From contig NC_006055.1 of NCBI RefSeq assembly GCF_000008305.1, positions 450,001 through 482,000 on the forward strand: 32,000 bases of DNA. Reading direction: 5' to 3'. A program made the position numbers and the translations under genes. The notes beneath the pieces are model-generated. The model saw only the letters and a list, made by a program, of their open reading frames with translations, was not told the DNA's origin and did not search any database. This document shows positions 1-10,795 of this stretch, piece after piece. Each line of letters opens with the position of its first letter. Position 1 is the stretch's first letter. This DNA is from Mesoplasma florum L1. GTDB taxonomy: Bacteria > Bacillota_I > Bacilli_A > Mycoplasmatales > Mycoplasmataceae.

Positions 1-231
<231 letters not shown>

Positions 232-249
232 TTTCTAATCTCCTTTAAA

Positions 250-465
250 AATAAAAATCGCCCCTTATATAAGGAGCGACTAACCGCGGTACCATCCTAA
301 TTAATAAATTAAAGCTTAATTTATCATCTTCAAGGTTTTAACGGTGCCACCGCAGAATTCTACTCAATATAATTTTTCTTTTCTGTTGAAAAAAGGTGAT
401 ATCTTTTAAATATTATTACTAGTTTACACCAACCACTAGCTCTCTTTGAATAATTAATTTAAAAA
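250..465 (-). promoter_or_regulatory. T-box leader of ileS
   Basis: Minus strand has the T-box core AGGATGGTACCGCGG (284-298), a GC-rich terminator hairpin TCGCTCCTTATATAAGGGGCGA followed by TTTTTAT (about 257-278), an upstream stem with GATATCACC as a plausible Ile (ATC) specifier context, and ileS directly downstream. Outer boundary approximate. Confidence 0.88.
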
Positions 466-509
466 ACTTGTCCTTTAGTTTTTATAATAATATTTTATAT
501 TATTTTTAA

Positions 510-1484
510 TTAAATTTGATGTTTTTTAACAAAATCTGTTGTTCTTAAAATGTAATCTTCTGTAAACTTAATAATTGATTTAGTATGATTAATTCCTGTA
601 TCATAAATAATTAATTCATTCACTTTAGATTCTTCTATATTGTTTTTAACATCTTGCATTTTAAAACTATCTAAAAAGTTTGTTACTCTATCAAATCTGT
701 TATGAATATACATAATAGGTATATACTTATGTTTTGTCTCAATTAAATTAATAAAATCAAGTTCAACTAGATTAACTCCATATTCATTTTTATATATTTT
801 TAACATGTCTTCTAAAACCAAGTTAACATAATTCTCAAATATTTTTGGGGCATTATTAGCAACCATACTTCTTAGAAGTTTTGAAACTGACATATAAGCT
901 GAATCTGATATTGCTCATTTAATATTATTTTCCTTAACAAATTTTTCTTCTGTTAAAGCTAGGTAGTTAACTGTAAATCCACCCATACTTGTTCCAACAA
1001 GACCAATTTCTTCTGGTTTATAATTTTGTGTTACTCATGTAATAATTGTCATTAAGTCTCATTTTTCTTTATAACCTCAAGTTACAACATCACTATCACT
1101 TGATCCATGATTTCTAAAATCAAAAGTTATTATGTTATACCCTAATGAACGATAGTGTCAAGTTAGATATAAAACATTGAATCTTCCTGAATTGAATCCA
1201 TGAACACCAATTACTCATTTATTACTTGGCTTTGGATTTAATCATACACTAGCAACAATTTTTACACCATCTTTTGAAAGCGTTGTGAAATTAGCTGTTG
1301 GGCTTTTATATTCTTTTATTTTTAATTTTTTATTTGAATTTCTATTAGTTGAATTAAAGTTATTAATTGTTTTAACAAAATTAATTTTTAAACTTGCTGC
1401 TTCTTCACGTTGCTTAATTGTTTTGGAAAAACTTGAATTTCACATTTGAATCATTTTATGAGCTAAAGTTGAATATTCTGACAT
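510..1484 (-). CDS. alpha/beta hydrolase family protein
   Basis: Translated with TGA=Trp: MSEYSTLAHKMIQMWNSSFSKTIKQREEAA...W(V)IGVHGFNSGR...VITFDFRNHGSSDSD...IGLVGTSMGGFTVNYLAL...; nucleophile elbow GTSMGG and oxyanion HG motif. The track ORF 510-893 is only the C-terminal third. Confidence 0.85.
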
Positions 1485-1559
1485 AATAACCTCTTTTCTA
1501 TTATTTATATTTTACTATAAACATACAAATAAAAATGAAATAAAAAAAATAAGCAGTGC

Positions 1560-1964
1560 TTATTTTCTAATTAATATTTTGTAAATGTTACCTTCAATTT
1601 TTTTGTAGATACCATCATTAATGTAAATAACACCTGATATGAAATCTATAATTCTTCTTTTTTCTGCTTTTTCTAATCCTGAAAGATCAATTAAAACAAT
1701 TTTATTAATTTTTAATTCATCTGCAATTTTAGCTGCTTCAGAAAAAGAAGTAGGCTTAATAATTTCAGTTCTTTTAGAAGGAATATCTTGATTGATTGTG
1801 TTTAATTCACTTTCATTTGAATATTCAACTTCTTCTTTAGTTGTTGAATCTTCTTCATCATACATACTGTATCCATTTACATCGTTTAAAGCTTGATCTA
1901 TTTCCCCTGATTCAAGTTTTTTAGTTTTCATTTTATCTAGTAGTTCTTTAATTTTCATTTTCAT
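1560..1964 (-). CDS. sepF: SepF-like cell division protein
   Basis: 134 aa with SepF-core-like text SFSEAAKIADELKINKIVLIDLSGLEKAEKRRIIDFISGVIYINDGIYKKIEGNIYKI; immediately downstream of ftsZ. Confidence 0.85.
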   Translation of the reverse strand: MKMKIKELLDKMKTKKLESGEIDQALNDVNGYSMYDEEDSTTKEEVEYSNESELNTINQDIPSKRTEIIKPTSFSEAAKIADELKINKIVLIDLSGLEKAEKRRIIDFISGVIYINDGIYKKIEGNIYKILIRK

Positions 1965-1971
1965 TCTCCTA

Positions 1972-3162
1972 CTATTTCAAGAATGTTGGGAAATCATCTT
2001 CAGTATCATCTGAATATGTTGATGCACCACTATTTACAGAATGCATAGTTTGGTGAGCATGTAGAACATCTTCTTCAAATGAAGTAGGTGCTTTTTGTTC
2101 TTCTTCAACATGAGTTGATTTGTATAAACTTGAAGTTCTTAAATTTGCAAATGTTGAAGCCGCGTTTGATTTTGTTCCTAAGTTTGCTGATGATTTAATC
2201 ATTTCTTCATCAAAACCAGTAGCAATAACAGTTACAACTAATTCATCTTTTTCAGTTAATTCTTTATTAATAGCTACTCCAAAAACGATATTTACTTCTG
2301 GGTTATCAATTGCTTGATTAACAACATCAACAACATCATAAGCATCGTTTAATGAAATACCTTCTCCACCAGTAACATTAACAATAACATCTTTTGCACC
2401 AACGATTGCTGCTTCAAGTAAAGTTGATGAGATAGCATCATTAGCTGCTAAGTTTGCCTTATCTGGACCTGTTCCTAAACCAATTCCAAATAATGCGTTA
2501 CCTTTTTTAGACATAACTGTTTTAACGTCAGCAAAGTCTAAGTTAATTAAAGCAGGAACTGCAATTAAGTCTGTAATTGTTTGAACACCTTGTTTTAATA
2601 TTGCGTCAGCTTCAGCAAAAGCTTCTTGAATAGGTTTAGCACCAATGAACTCTAATAAGCGATCATTTGAGATAACAATTGTTGAATCAACGTATTTTTT
2701 TAATTCAATTATTCCTTCTTCTGCAAAAGTGTTTCTGTATTTACCTTCAAATCTGAATGGTTTAGTTACAATAGCAACAACTAAAGCTCCTGTTTCTTGA
2801 GCGATTCTTGCGATAACTGGAGCAGCACCTGTTCCAGTTCCTCCACCCATTCCAGCAGTTACAAAAATTAAATCAGCACCTTCTAAAGCAGCTCTTAAAT
2901 CATTTTCAGATTCTAAAGCAGCTGTTTTACCTACTTCAGGGTTTGCTCCAGCACCTAAACCTTTTGTTGATTTTTCTCCTAAAATAATTTTATTAGGAAC
3001 ATTTGATCCTGCTAAAACTTGAGCATCAGTATTTGCAATATAGAAATCAACACCGTGAGCGCCTTGCTCAAACATTCTTGAAACGGCATTGTTTCCACCA
3101 CCACCAACTCCAATAACTTTAATCTTGGCTTTTTGGCTAAATTCTTGTGTATTATTATTCAT
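1972..3162 (-). CDS. ftsZ: cell division protein FtsZ
   Basis: 396 aa with IKVIGVGGGGNNAVSRM, the tubulin signature GGGTGTGAAP, and the C-terminal peptide DDFPTFLK. Confidence 0.98.
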   Translation of the reverse strand: MNNNTQEFSQKAKIKVIGVGGGGNNAVSRMFEQGAHGVDFYIANTDAQVLAGSNVPNKIILGEKSTKGLGAGANPEVGKTAALESENDLRAALEGADLIFVTAGMGGGTGTGAAPVIARIAQETGALVVAIVTKPFRFEGKYRNTFAEEGIIELKKYVDSTIVISNDRLLEFIGAKPIQEAFAEADAILKQGVQTITDLIAVPALINLDFADVKTVMSKKGNALFGIGLGTGPDKANLAANDAISSTLLEAAIVGAKDVIVNVTGGEGISLNDAYDVVDVVNQAIDNPEVNIVFGVAINKELTEKDELVVTVIATGFDEEMIKSSANLGTKSNAASTFANLRTSSLYKSTHVEEEQKAPTSFEEDVLHAHQTMHSVNSGASTYSDDTEDDFPTFLK

Positions 3163-3176
3163 TTTGTTTTCTCCTT

Positions 3177-4484
3177 TTATGCTTCTACTTTATCTATTAG
3201 TATACCATCATTTTTCAAATATAATTGTCCGCTTGCCTGATTTTGACTACCAAAATCATCAAAAAACGCAAATTGCATATTAATAACATCATTTTTAATT
3301 TTTTGTTTTTTAGCTTTAAATTCGTCAAATATAAATTTGCTTGTAATTTTGCTTATTAATCCATAACTTTCAAAGTGTTCATTGTTTTTTAGAGCACCAA
3401 TAACTTTTACTTGATTTACATAATCTGAAGATACTTTTGCTTCAGAAATTAAAGAAACACCATTTGGAATTTCTTGAATTAAACCAAAGTTAAATATAGG
3501 TGTTACATAGAAATCAATTTTTTCTTTTGCTACAAATGATTCTTTAATTTCTTTGTATGCATTTTTAACTGCTTTTTTCACTATTAATTGAATTTGTTCA
3601 CCTGATAATGTTTTTGAAACTAAAGAATTTTTAAATTTTAAAAGTACAGTTTTTAAAATATTTTTTGAATCGAAGTTAATGTTGTTGTATAAATAGTGTT
3701 TACTCATTTCATCACTAAGTCCAAATTCATTTGATATTTTTTTAATTATGCTGTTCATACCATTGTTTGTTGATGCATATTCAACAAATGCGCCTTTTTT
3801 AAATAATCCAGCTTCAATATGATCTTCTTTTCAATCGACAACTATAATATCGCTTTCATCTTTTGAAGGTCTTTGAATTGAGTTATATAAAGCTTCAAGG
3901 TTTGTCATGTATGAATCTTTACCTTCTTCAATTTTTTCAATAACATTTTTGTGTGATTCAAAAACTTTTTTGTAAATTGATTTAATTGAAATTATTAGTT
4001 CAATTTCTTTACCTTGAACATTTAATTTATTAACTTCTTGTTTGTTTCCATCAATTTTTACTTGAACTAGTTCAATATCTAAGTGATATGCGTTATTTGC
4101 TTGTTGTTCTCTTTTAACTATCTTTTTAAAGCAATCATTTACGTATTCTTCTGTCATTAATATTGGCATTTCACTTGAAATTGTTTTTTTCTTTGTTGTA
4201 AAACTATAAGTTGAACTTGGAACAACCATAAAAATTTTATTATCTTTTAATTCTGATTGTTCTTTAACAATTGATTTAATCATTGCAGATATATCTTTTT
4301 TTAATAAAGTTGAAATAGAATCTCTAACAACTCCATTTTCATTTAAAAAAGTAGAGTTATTTTTAGCTTCGATTTCATTTTCAAAAATTGAAATAATGTT
4401 GTTTTTTAATACTCTATAAGCATTAATTTTAACTACACTTTTTCTTATTTCTACTGTTGTAAATGTTTTATTATTTTTTAACAT
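3177..4484 (-). CDS. ftsA: FtsA-like cell division protein (divergent)
   Basis: Two track ORFs (3177-3758 and 3831-4484) are in the same frame and joined through TGA(Trp): ...SKDESDIIVVDWKEDHIEAGLFKKGAFVEYASTNNGMNSIIKKIS...; 435 aa. Position between rsmH and ftsZ supports FtsA. Confidence 0.8.
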
Positions 4485-4505
4485 AACTCTATCCTCTTTT
4501 TTTCT

Positions 4506-5432
4506 TTATTTTTTCTCAATTACTCAAAGCTTTGCGCTATGACTTCTATTATTATTTTCTACTTCTGTATTTGTGGGTTTTAATGGCTTTTTAAACAACA
4601 GTTTAAAGTCTTTTGATGATTCAATTTCATATGGTAAATTACTTAAGTAAAATTGTTGTTCATCAAGTGTATATTTCTTAAATATGTTTTTAACAACTTT
4701 TTCTTCTAATGAATGGAAAGTTATAACAACAACCCTTCCTTTTGGTTTTAATAAATTTAAACTTTGTTCTAACGAACTTTCTAAAGTTTCCATTTCATTG
4801 TTAACTCTTATTCTTAGAGCTTGAAATGTTTTTTTAGCAGGGTGTTTTTGTTGTTTCAATATTTTTGCTGGTAAAGATTTTTTTATTACACTAACTAATT
4901 CAAATGTTGTATTTATAGGTCTTGAAAGAATAATATTTTTTGCAATTGATCTTGCAAATTTTTCATCACCATAATTTCATAAAATTTGCTCTAGTTCTTC
5001 TTGTGTATATTCGTTCACTATTTTGTGAGCAGTTAGAGAATTATTAGCTCTATCCATTCTCATATCAAGTGGACCATCAAATCTATAACTGAAACCTCTT
5101 TCTGCCACATCAAATTGTGGCGAAGAAACTCCTAAATCATAAAGGATACCATCAACCTCGAAAATCCCTTGCATTGCCAACATTGCTGAAATGTTAACGA
5201 AATTTCCTTCTAGTATTTTGAAATTGTTACTAATTTTTGTAAGTTTTTCAGTTCCTTCTAATATTGCTGTTTCATCTTGATCAATTGAAAATAATTTACC
5301 ATCTTTTAATTTTTTTAGTATTTCACTTGAATGTCCAGCTCTACCAAGAGTACAGTCAACATAAATTCCATTTTCCTTAATATTTAGATACTCAATTGAT
5401 TCTTTCAATAATACTGGTATATGTTTTTCCAT
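4506..5432 (-). CDS. rsmH: 16S rRNA (cytosine1402-N4)-methyltransferase
   Basis: MEKHIPVLLKESIEYLNIKENGIYVDCTLGRAGHSSEIL...YDLGVSSPQFDVAERGFSYRFDGPLDMRMD...VVITFHSLEEKVVKNIFK; RsmH/MraW hallmarks. Ends SAKLW(TGA)VIEKK-TAA. Confidence 0.96.
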
Positions 5433-5872
5433 TATTTATTTAAACCTTGATAAATTGTTTCAGCAATTTCTTCCATTCTGTCACTGTTATCATTTTGATA
5501 ATTGTCATATGATTTTTGATCTCATATTTCAACTCTGTCACCCATACCAAGTATGTAAACGCTTTTTTCAATGTTAGCCAGCTTCAATAAGTTATTTGGA
5601 ATTTTAATTCTTCCTATCTTATCGATTTCAACTTCATGTGTATTGGCTATAATCTCACGAGTTATCATCCTTGTTTCTTTATTAAAAGAAGAAAGATTTA
5701 ATATTTGAGAACTTCACTTTTCAAATTCTTCTTCAGTTCTCATTTCTAAACTTCCTTCGAAGCCCTTAGAAACATAAACTGTTGAGTTTAAAATCTTGTT
5801 TCTCATTTTTGAAGGGATGGTAAGTCTTTGCTTATCGTCCAGATTATGATCATATGTTCCAAAGAATAACAT
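5432..5872 (-). CDS. mraZ: transcriptional regulator MraZ
   Basis: MLFFGTYDHNLDDKQRLTIPSKMRNKILNSTVYVSKGFEGSLEMRTEEEFEKW...; MraZ/SpoVT-AbrB-like and first gene of the dcw cluster. The TAA stop overlaps the rsmH ATG by 1 nt. An alternative in-frame ATG exists at 5885-5887. Confidence 0.93.
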
Positions 5873-5900
5873 ACCACTTTCCCCCATTTCTTCCCACTTT
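5871..5900 (-). promoter_or_regulatory. MraZ-box-like triple 10-bp repeat
   Basis: Minus strand reads AAAGTGGGAA/GAAATGGGGG/AAAGTGGTAT (5900 to 5871), three tandem 10-mers touching the mraZ start codon; matches the AAAGTG[T/G]-type MraZ operator described in mollicutes. Confidence 0.75.
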
Positions 5901-5965
5901 ATAAATATATATTACTATATTTATTTAATTTTGTTAATAAAAAGAATTAAAAAAGTTAAAAAAAC

Positions 5966-5992
5966 ACAAAAAAAGATGAGGCTAACCTCATC
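5966..5992 (-). terminator. Rho-independent terminator of the rpmF operon
   Basis: Minus strand GATGAGG-TTAG-CCTCATC followed by TTTTTTTGTG; perfect 7-bp stem at 5975-5992 just past the rpmF stop. Confidence 0.85.
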
Positions 5993-6011
5993 GTTTTATT
6001 ATTAAGAGAAA

Positions 6012-6191
6012 TTAATCTTGAACAGATTTAACTTCTTTTCCTTTATAGAATCCACATTCTCTACAAACTCTGTGTGGTTTAATCATTGACCCACAGTTTT
6101 CGCATGAAACTAAATTAGAAGCTACTAAAGCTAAATGACTTCTTCTTTTATTTTTAGCAGATTTACTTGTCTTTCTAAATGGTACAGCCAT
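6012..6191 (-). CDS. rpmF: 50S ribosomal protein L32
   Basis: [59 protein letters not shown]; two CxxC pairs and L32 N-terminus; SD AAGGGGG upstream. Confidence 0.96.
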   Translation of the reverse strand: MAVPFRKTSKSAKNKRRSHLALVASNLVSCENCGSMIKPHRVCRECGFYKGKEVKSVQD

Positions 6192-6211
6192 CTTAAAACC
6201 CCCTTAACATT

Positions 6212-6706
6212 TTATTTTTTCATGAACTCATTCAATTTATCTCATCTATGATCTACTTTATTTTGTTCATTTTGATGAAATTCTTCCTCAGACATAATTG
6301 TCCAACCAAATCCAGTCTTTTTTATTATATCACTATTATTTGACAAATTAAAAGGTAAATTTATATTTATTTGTTCTATTACATAATTTTGTACATCGAA
6401 TTCTTCGCCAACTATAATGTTAGCTTGATCGTTTATAGAATCAGAAAAAGAATATTCATCATTTCAATCAATTGAATCAGAGTATTCAAACTCTTCTCCA
6501 GTTCTTGAATCAATAGCATCAAGTGTGAAATTGATAATGCCATTAACTGCAACGGTTTCAATTGAACTTATTCAATCAACATCAATATCATAATCTAAAT
6601 ACTTAACTTTTTTCACTAAAATGTTATTAAGTTTTATTGATTCCAAATCATTTATTATTTCTGTTAATTCTGTATGTACTTGTTTTTCAAAATATTGTTT
6701 ATTCAT
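6212..6706 (-). CDS. DUF177/YceD-like protein
   Basis: 164 aa MNKQYFEKQVHTELTEIINDLESIKLNNILVKKVKYLDYDIDVDWISSIETVAVNGIINFTLDAIDSRTGEEFEYSDSIDWND...KLNEFMKK; conserved position upstream of rpmF. Not in the track because it contains in-frame TGA codons. Confidence 0.7.
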
Positions 6707-6710
6707 AGTA

Positions 6711-9092
6711 CTATCTAACTTTAACTTTTAATTCTTTTAAATTATTTAATATTTTTTCAAAATCATCGTTAATCTCTTTTTCAGTTAACTGGTGATCTAA
6801 ACTATTAAATGATAATTTAACAGTTAATGATGAAATATTTTCTTTATCCATTTGTTCATCTGAATATTTGTCTATTACTTTGTAATTTGTTAAATAATTT
6901 AGATCTTTTAACATTGCTTTAACGATTGTATCAAAATTAACATCATTACTTAATTCAAAAGAAATATCTCTTGTTGATTTTTGGAATTTAGAAATTTCAC
7001 TAGTTACATGCACTTTATCAGCAATCTCAAGTAATAAGTTTAAATTTACTTCACAAATGAATGTAGGATAAATTTTATTAGCTTGTTCAAATGCAGGATT
7101 TAATTTATATATAAATCCAATTTTTTTATTTTTATATTTTACAGTTGCATTAATATAAGGATGAATTTCATCAATAGCTTTATCGTTAACTTCAAATGTA
7201 ACATTTGTTACATCAACTTTATATAAATCTAAAACGCTCATTAAAATTGAACTTATATAAGCATAATTTGATTTAATATGTACTTGACTTAATGAATCAG
7301 TAATTGCTTCTCCTGAAACACCAAAACATAAATTTGATTGTCTGAATCCATTTAGTGCAAAGATATCAGCCATTTCAAAAAACTTTACTGATTTGTTTCC
7401 ATTATTAGCATTAAAAATAATTGTATCTATCATAGATTTTGATAAATTATTTCTAAATGTTTCACGTTGAATTGATAAAGGACTCATTAAAACAACAGGA
7501 TCTTTAACTTTAAATAAGTTTCAAGTTTTATTTGATTCTATATCAGTTAAAGAATATGTTTTAATATTGTTAAAACCTGCACCAACTAAATAATCGCTTA
7601 ATTTATCTTTAAGTTTTTTATCTAAGTTTTTAGTTTTTTTGAAACTTACATATTCTAAAGGTTGTTCTATAATATTGTCATAACCATATAATCTAGCTAT
7701 CTCTTCGCATAAATCATTCTTGCCATATAAATCAGTTCTATTTTTATCAACAGTAAATGTTAATTCAGACTTTTTAACAGATATTTCAATATCTAATGTT
7801 CTAAATAAACTTATTATTTCTTCAACAGTTATTTCAATACCTAGAATATCTTGAACTTTTTCTAAAGTAATTGAATATACATTGTCATAATTTTGTTTTT
7901 GAACTGTTGTTACAACTTTTTGAACATCTTCTAACATTTTATATTCATCTAATATTGAAACTAATTCATCTATTCCTTGATCATAAAGGTTTGGATTTAA
8001 TGGTTTTGCATATCTTTGAGTATCAACTGTGCTAACATTTAAGTTTCTTTGTTGTTTACGCATTGATATTTGGTCTAAATTTAACATTACAACAAGCATT
8101 GTAACTGTTTCTTCAGTAACTTTAAATTTATCTTCAGTTTTTAGTCCTAAAATATTAACAATTGAGTTGCCTGATTTTAAAACAATTAATTCTTTTTCAT
8201 CTATTGTTTGTTTTGTTAAAGTTAATTCTCCATTAACTTTATCAGCATCAATTAAAATAAAAGGTTGACCTGAAATTAAAGTTGCCATATTAGCTATATT
8301 TTCAAATTTGTTTTGAGCTGATTTAACATTTGAATGTTTTAATCATACGTCATGAGATGAATCGAAAGGTGTATTAGTATTTTTTAAACCAATAAAAGTA
8401 TGTGAAACAGTATTTACTTCATCTTCAACTTTTTTATTTAAATCTATAGTTATTGATTCAGTTGGTTTTTCAAATTTAACTTTATGTTCATTGTTATTAA
8501 TTTTTAAATCAAAATAGTTAGCTATTTCTTTTACTAATTGTTTTGCTGCTAAAGCATCACTTCTATTTAAAGTTAAATCTACTTCAAAAGTGTAATCATC
8601 AAAATTTAAAACTTCACTAATTTCTCTTCCAACCATTTCATCCATGTTTTTATAGATTGAATCAATGTAGTATACATCTTGTTGTTCATCTTCTGTTAAA
8701 ACTGAATTAGGTAATCCAATCTCATTAAAACCACAAAACATTCCTTCTGAAAGTATACCTAAAATTTCTCTATTTTCTAATTCTAGACCATTAGCTAATT
8801 TAGCCCCAGGTAAAGCAACTATTGCAAATTTATCTTCTTCAATGTTTCTTGATGTTGATAAAATTGTTGCATATTTGTTTTCACCAATACGAGTTTTAGT
8901 TTTCTTTAGTTTTGTTCCTTCAATTGGATCTGACTCTTCGATGTGTCCTATAACTAATTTTGTATTCAATTTTGAATAATCTATTTCTTGTTCAACTTCA
9001 AATCCTAAAGAGTTTAAACAAACTGAAATTTGTTCATTTGTAATATTAGAAAGATCTAAGTATTTTTCTAATCATTTTCTTGTAATAATCAT
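6711..9092 (-). CDS. pheT: phenylalanyl-tRNA synthetase beta subunit
   Basis: MIITRKWLEKYLDLSNITNEQISVCLNSLGFEVEQEIDYSKLNTKLVIGHIEESDPI...; N-terminal tRNA-binding-like domain, B5 and core segments. Assembled from three same-frame track ORFs through TGA(Trp). Next to pheS. Confidence 0.95.
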
Positions 9093-9099
9093 GTTCTAC

Positions 9100-10152
9100 C
9101 TACTCTCCATAAAATTTAAATTGTTCTAAAAATTGAACATTATTTTCATATAAGTTTCTAATGTTTGAAATTCCAAATTTAAGCATTGCTATTCTTTCAA
9201 TACCTGCACCAAAAGCTAACGCAGTATTTTTTTCTGGATCCATTCCATTTAATAGCATAACTTGTTCATTAATAATTCCTGATCCTAATATTTCAATTCA
9301 ACCTGAATATTTACAAATTGAACAACCTTTACCAGAACATTTAAAACAACTTACATCAACTTCTACACTTGGTTCGGTGAATGGGAATAGACTTGGTCTT
9401 AATCTAATATTAACTTCTTCACCAAATAATCTTTTACACATGTATTTTAAAACTCATTTTAAGTTAGCAAAAGTAATTTTTTTACCAATACATAATAAAT
9501 CTAATTGCATGAACTGGTGTGAATGAGTTGCATCATCGTCATCTCTTCGATAAACATTACCAATAGCAACACAGGCATAGTTACCTTCAAAGTTTTCGTC
9601 TTTAGCCATTTGTGTTAAAACTCTAGCTGTCATATGTGTACAGTGAGTACTTAAAACAGTTTCTTCATCTATATAGAAAGTGTCTTGCATATCTCTAGCA
9701 GGGTGCCCCACTGGCAAGTTTAATTTTTGAAAACAATATTCATCGCTTTCAACATCATTTCCATTTAATACATCAAAACCAATTTCTGTAAAGATTTGTG
9801 TAATCTCTTCAACAACAATATTAAGAGGGTGTTTAGTTCCAAATCTTGCTAATGTACCTGTTAGTGAAACGTCAATTTTTTCACTAGCTAATTTTGCATC
9901 AAGCGCTTCTTTTTTAATTCTTGCTACAAATTCATCAATTGTTGATGCAATAAATGTTCTTAACTCATGACTGGCAATTCCAATAGCTTGTTTATCATTA
10001 GTATCAGAATCTTTTAAAGATTTCAAAATTTCACTTAATTCTGATTCTTTACCTAATAAAGACTTTTTCAATTTTTCAGCTTCTTCAATTGTTTTTACTT
10101 TATTTAAATCAGATATAAATTGATCTTTAATCTTATTAATTTTTTTTAACAT
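9100..10152 (-). CDS. pheS: phenylalanyl-tRNA synthetase alpha subunit
   Basis: ...[59 protein letters not shown]...LLRTHCT-type region...[14 protein letters not shown]...; the remainder to TAG at 9100 continues through TGA(Trp). Confidence 0.96.
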
Positions 10153-10167
10153 AAAAAACTCCTTTTG

Positions 10168-10788
10168 CTACTTTATTAAAGCTTCTTGTTTTAAAACAAT
10201 TAACTTCATTTCATTTTCTTTTAAATTTTCTTCATACGCTTGAATAACTATACCAATAACAGAGTTATTTGGTTCTTCTTTTTGTAAGATCTTTAATTTT
10301 TTAAATATAAAGTTTTGAAAACTCTTTTTATATTTTTCTAACTCGTATTTAAAATACAAATCAACATCATATTTTTTATTATTCAGTGTTTTAATTTCAA
10401 TACCTTCGTTCCAAAAGATAATCTGTTCAATCAAAACATCATTAATAAAAGCTTTTGTTGAACTATATATAAAAGCTAAAAATTCTTCATATATATTGTA
10501 AATAATTTTATCATTATTAGTTTGAATTAGGTAGTCTCAAATTGTTTGTTCGACCTCTTTATTGAAATTTCTTAAATAATCGATTGTTTCATTGAAATTA
10601 ATCACAGTTTTTTTAATAAATTCTTTCTTATATTTCATATTTAAGTACTTCAAAAATATTGGTTTTGAAATGATATCAAATAGATTTGTATACTCTCATG
10701 TAAAATTTATTTCAAAAACTTTTACAGTTTGATCTTTTTTAATTCTTGCTTCTTGAAAGTGATTAATAATAGATTGTTTTACTTCCAT
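10168..10788 (-). CDS. hypothetical protein, 206 aa
   Basis: Open in TGA=Trp code from ATG at 10788 with a ggagaa SD: MEVKQSIINHFQEARIKKDQTVKVFEINFTWEYTNLFDIISKPIFLKYLK...; C-terminus matches the track ORF. Tight spacing to both neighbours. Confidence 0.75.
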
Positions 10789-10795
10789 ATTTCTC

